Assembly (NCBI RefSeq): GCF_964355755.1
Contig: NC_092676.1
Coordinates: 6,301,888 to 6,365,887, forward strand
Direction of reading: 5' to 3'
Origin: Antedon mediterranea
Taxonomy: Eukaryota; Animalia; Echinodermata
DNA: 64,000 nucleotides
Shown here: in pieces, positions 37,985 through 64,000 of the stretch
Layout of the letters: each line of letters starts with the position of its first letter
Numbering within the stretch: the stretch's first letter is position 1
Notes under the pieces: generated by a model
What the model saw: only the letters and a program-made list of their open reading frames with translations
What the model was told of the DNA's origin: nothing
The model's database searches: none
Program-made: the position numbers and the translations under genes

Positions 37985-39067
37985 GGTTGAAAATACCAGC
38001 TTATTCCCGATTTCCGTTCGCGTGATCCAATTAACTTTTGCCCCAGGCTGAAAAAAATTCGAGGCAAAATGTTCACCAAATTTGCAGGTTATTTCAACGA
38101 TAATCCAATTATACTCGGCCTTCGAGGATAATAAATCTCCGATAGAGGCAAAGTGCCAAATTTTGACAAACGTTCGCTGCCTAGGCCCGTCATTTCTCCT
38201 ACGAAGCTCTTCCATACACGCTTCGAGAGCGATCGTCAGCTGGTGCTGTCCTTGTTGGTGTAGACCGCTTAGTAGGCCTAGCTGGTCGGTGGTGTTTCCG
38301 TCGTGTAACATTGGGCTCAAATTCTTCGTCAAGGAGTAAAATAATGGTCGTCAGTTGAAGGCATATTTCGGCAGGATTATCGGCGTTAAGAGGCATAAGG
38401 TTTGTCGCAAGGATAAGCAGTGTAAAAGGTAGCAAGTGATTGTTATTGTAAAGAAAGATCGCGAGTAAAAAATATACAACACGAAACTAGCGTGCGAAAA
38501 TGGGATCTTAGGTTGTAAAGACAACTGACCTTAAAACGTAATTTCCGGTTTGTGATTCGTCGACTAAGCATTAAAGCGGTTAAATATTTCAAGTACGAAC
38601 AACGCTTAACTGAGTTATTAAGAAGTCGAATAAATAATAAAAAAATAAATAAAAAAAAAAGTATCAACGTTTTGTTTTCTCAATTTACTTATTTTTATTG
38701 ACATTCTTGTTTACACTAACATTTATTATTCCAACTGTGATTAACTATTTGCTAGCTACATTTGTTACCAAATACCATAATACCAGGTGAAACTTCCTAC
38801 ACTAGATTAATTGATCCGATGCGTACTGTCCAATATTTCAACTTAAAAACAAAATATAAATTTATCAATATCACAAAACAAAAACTGTCCAAAAATGGAG
38901 TATATTTAATTCCTTATTCATCACTATCTTTAAAAAATATTGAAATAACAAAGTTTTTTTTTTTTATTTTTTATTTTATTTCTAAATCAAACCAACAACA
39001 AAACCAGAACAAGAAATATAAGAACTAGAGTGATAATATAAATATTACCTTAATATAAAAACCAAAG

Positions 39068-62772
<23,705 letters not shown>

Positions 62773-64000
62773 CTATTCCAACAGCAATACAAAATGAATT
62801 ATTATAAATAATAATATTGTTCAAATAGCTTTGTTATATTCGATATGTGTCAATTTCAATTTTTCCAAATACTTTTTGTCAAAAACCAAAACATTCTCAT
62901 TTAGTTTCGAGAACGAATGGGTCAACTGCAATAACTATCGAGTAAGAACAATTCTCAAAACCATTATGTTTTATAAAAACATAAACATGACAGCCAGTTT
63001 TGCCTGACATTAATACCAACATTCTTGTCTCTCATTCCTACTATAATATCTATCACAGTAGTTTGTTTACAGAAAACATTATTAACAAGCAAATTTCCAA
63101 CTTCACAACCTTGAAACCCACTATTAAGTATAGGTTATAGGTTTATTATTTTTGGCACATTTTTATGGCGTTTCATACTTGAGCTAAATTCAAAGTCTAG
63201 GAAGACGCCTACTAGTACGGGTTATTATGTCTTCCAGCTCGATATTTGTGCCAAAAAAAATTTTTTTAGCTAACATTGTTATTCTTGAGATGCTGAATAC
63301 AAAAAAGTTAGGTGCCATATTTTTTGACCACACCTTCAGCCGCCATTTTGTATTTCAAAATGGCCAACGTTCCACACTAAACTTGGTCATCCATGGTATC
63401 ATTGGAAAGGGAATGTAATACTGATTATTTTATTCCATTACACCCATATCAATAAACGTATAGTTACATAGTTATTGCAAAATAAAACAAATCACGTGAC
63501 CAATAAAGGTCAAAAGGTCAAATTTTTTATTCTGAATACAGTTTTACTAATATCTATTCTATTTTACTTTGTTTATTGTTATATTTTTCCAATTATGTAA
63601 ATAAATTGTTTTTAAATGTTCCTTGTTTTTTCATGCTAATTACTTTCTTATTTACATACAATCTGTCCTATTGGTATATAAGTACTTTAGGCGTTGTTTT
63701 CTGTTCTTCTTCTGATGAGAATAGTTTATCGAAACATGTCACATTTTAAGGCAGTTTGCCTATTCATTAAATCGCTATACTCATTTTAACAATGACAAAA
63801 GTAGTCTCCTTCGTATTAAGATAAATACGGGGTTTCTTATTGGTTTTACAATTCATTCAAATGTTTGTTTGATTTTCATTCTACTTTGTTATTGTCCATT
63901 TATATGTTTTATAGTATATTATATATTATCTTAATACTAAATAAGTACCGTACGGTACTGGATTACACTTAACGTCAATGTCAAGTTTCCGAGTTATTTA

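Overview
AT-rich eukaryotic DNA from an animal, probably a marine invertebrate (inferred from Deu/Nin-domain SINEs, Penelope-like elements and spliceosomal GT-AG introns). Host genes: (1) a small intronless ORF with three C4HC3 RING/PHD-like fingers (1185-1670); (2) a cluster of intronless 3-Ig-domain type I membrane receptor genes at 14.4-29.0 kb: two intact, one with a single homopolymer frameshift, one pseudogene and one 5' relic. Their ectodomains are reciprocal mosaics and their cytoplasmic tails differ: a long Tyr-rich tail with a PDZ-type end, an ITAM/ITIM-like tail, and a tail cut by a Tyr-to-stop change. This resembles a paired-receptor or allorecognition locus; (3) a large minus-strand multi-exon gene (39068 to at least 62772, 5' end not found) for an LRR + Cys-rich + ~9-TM protein. 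The rest is dense with mobile DNA: three families of Penelope-like elements carrying minimal hammerhead ribozymes, MITEs with readable TIRs and TSDs (MULE-, Ginger-, hAT-, Kolobok- and CACTA-like), a Helentron-type element, Gypsy and LINE fragments, SINEs, a tRNA-bearing repeat bounded by (TA)n, and a RAG1-N-terminus/Chapaev-type zinc-domain fragment. All calls come from reading the sequence by eye; no database searches were run.
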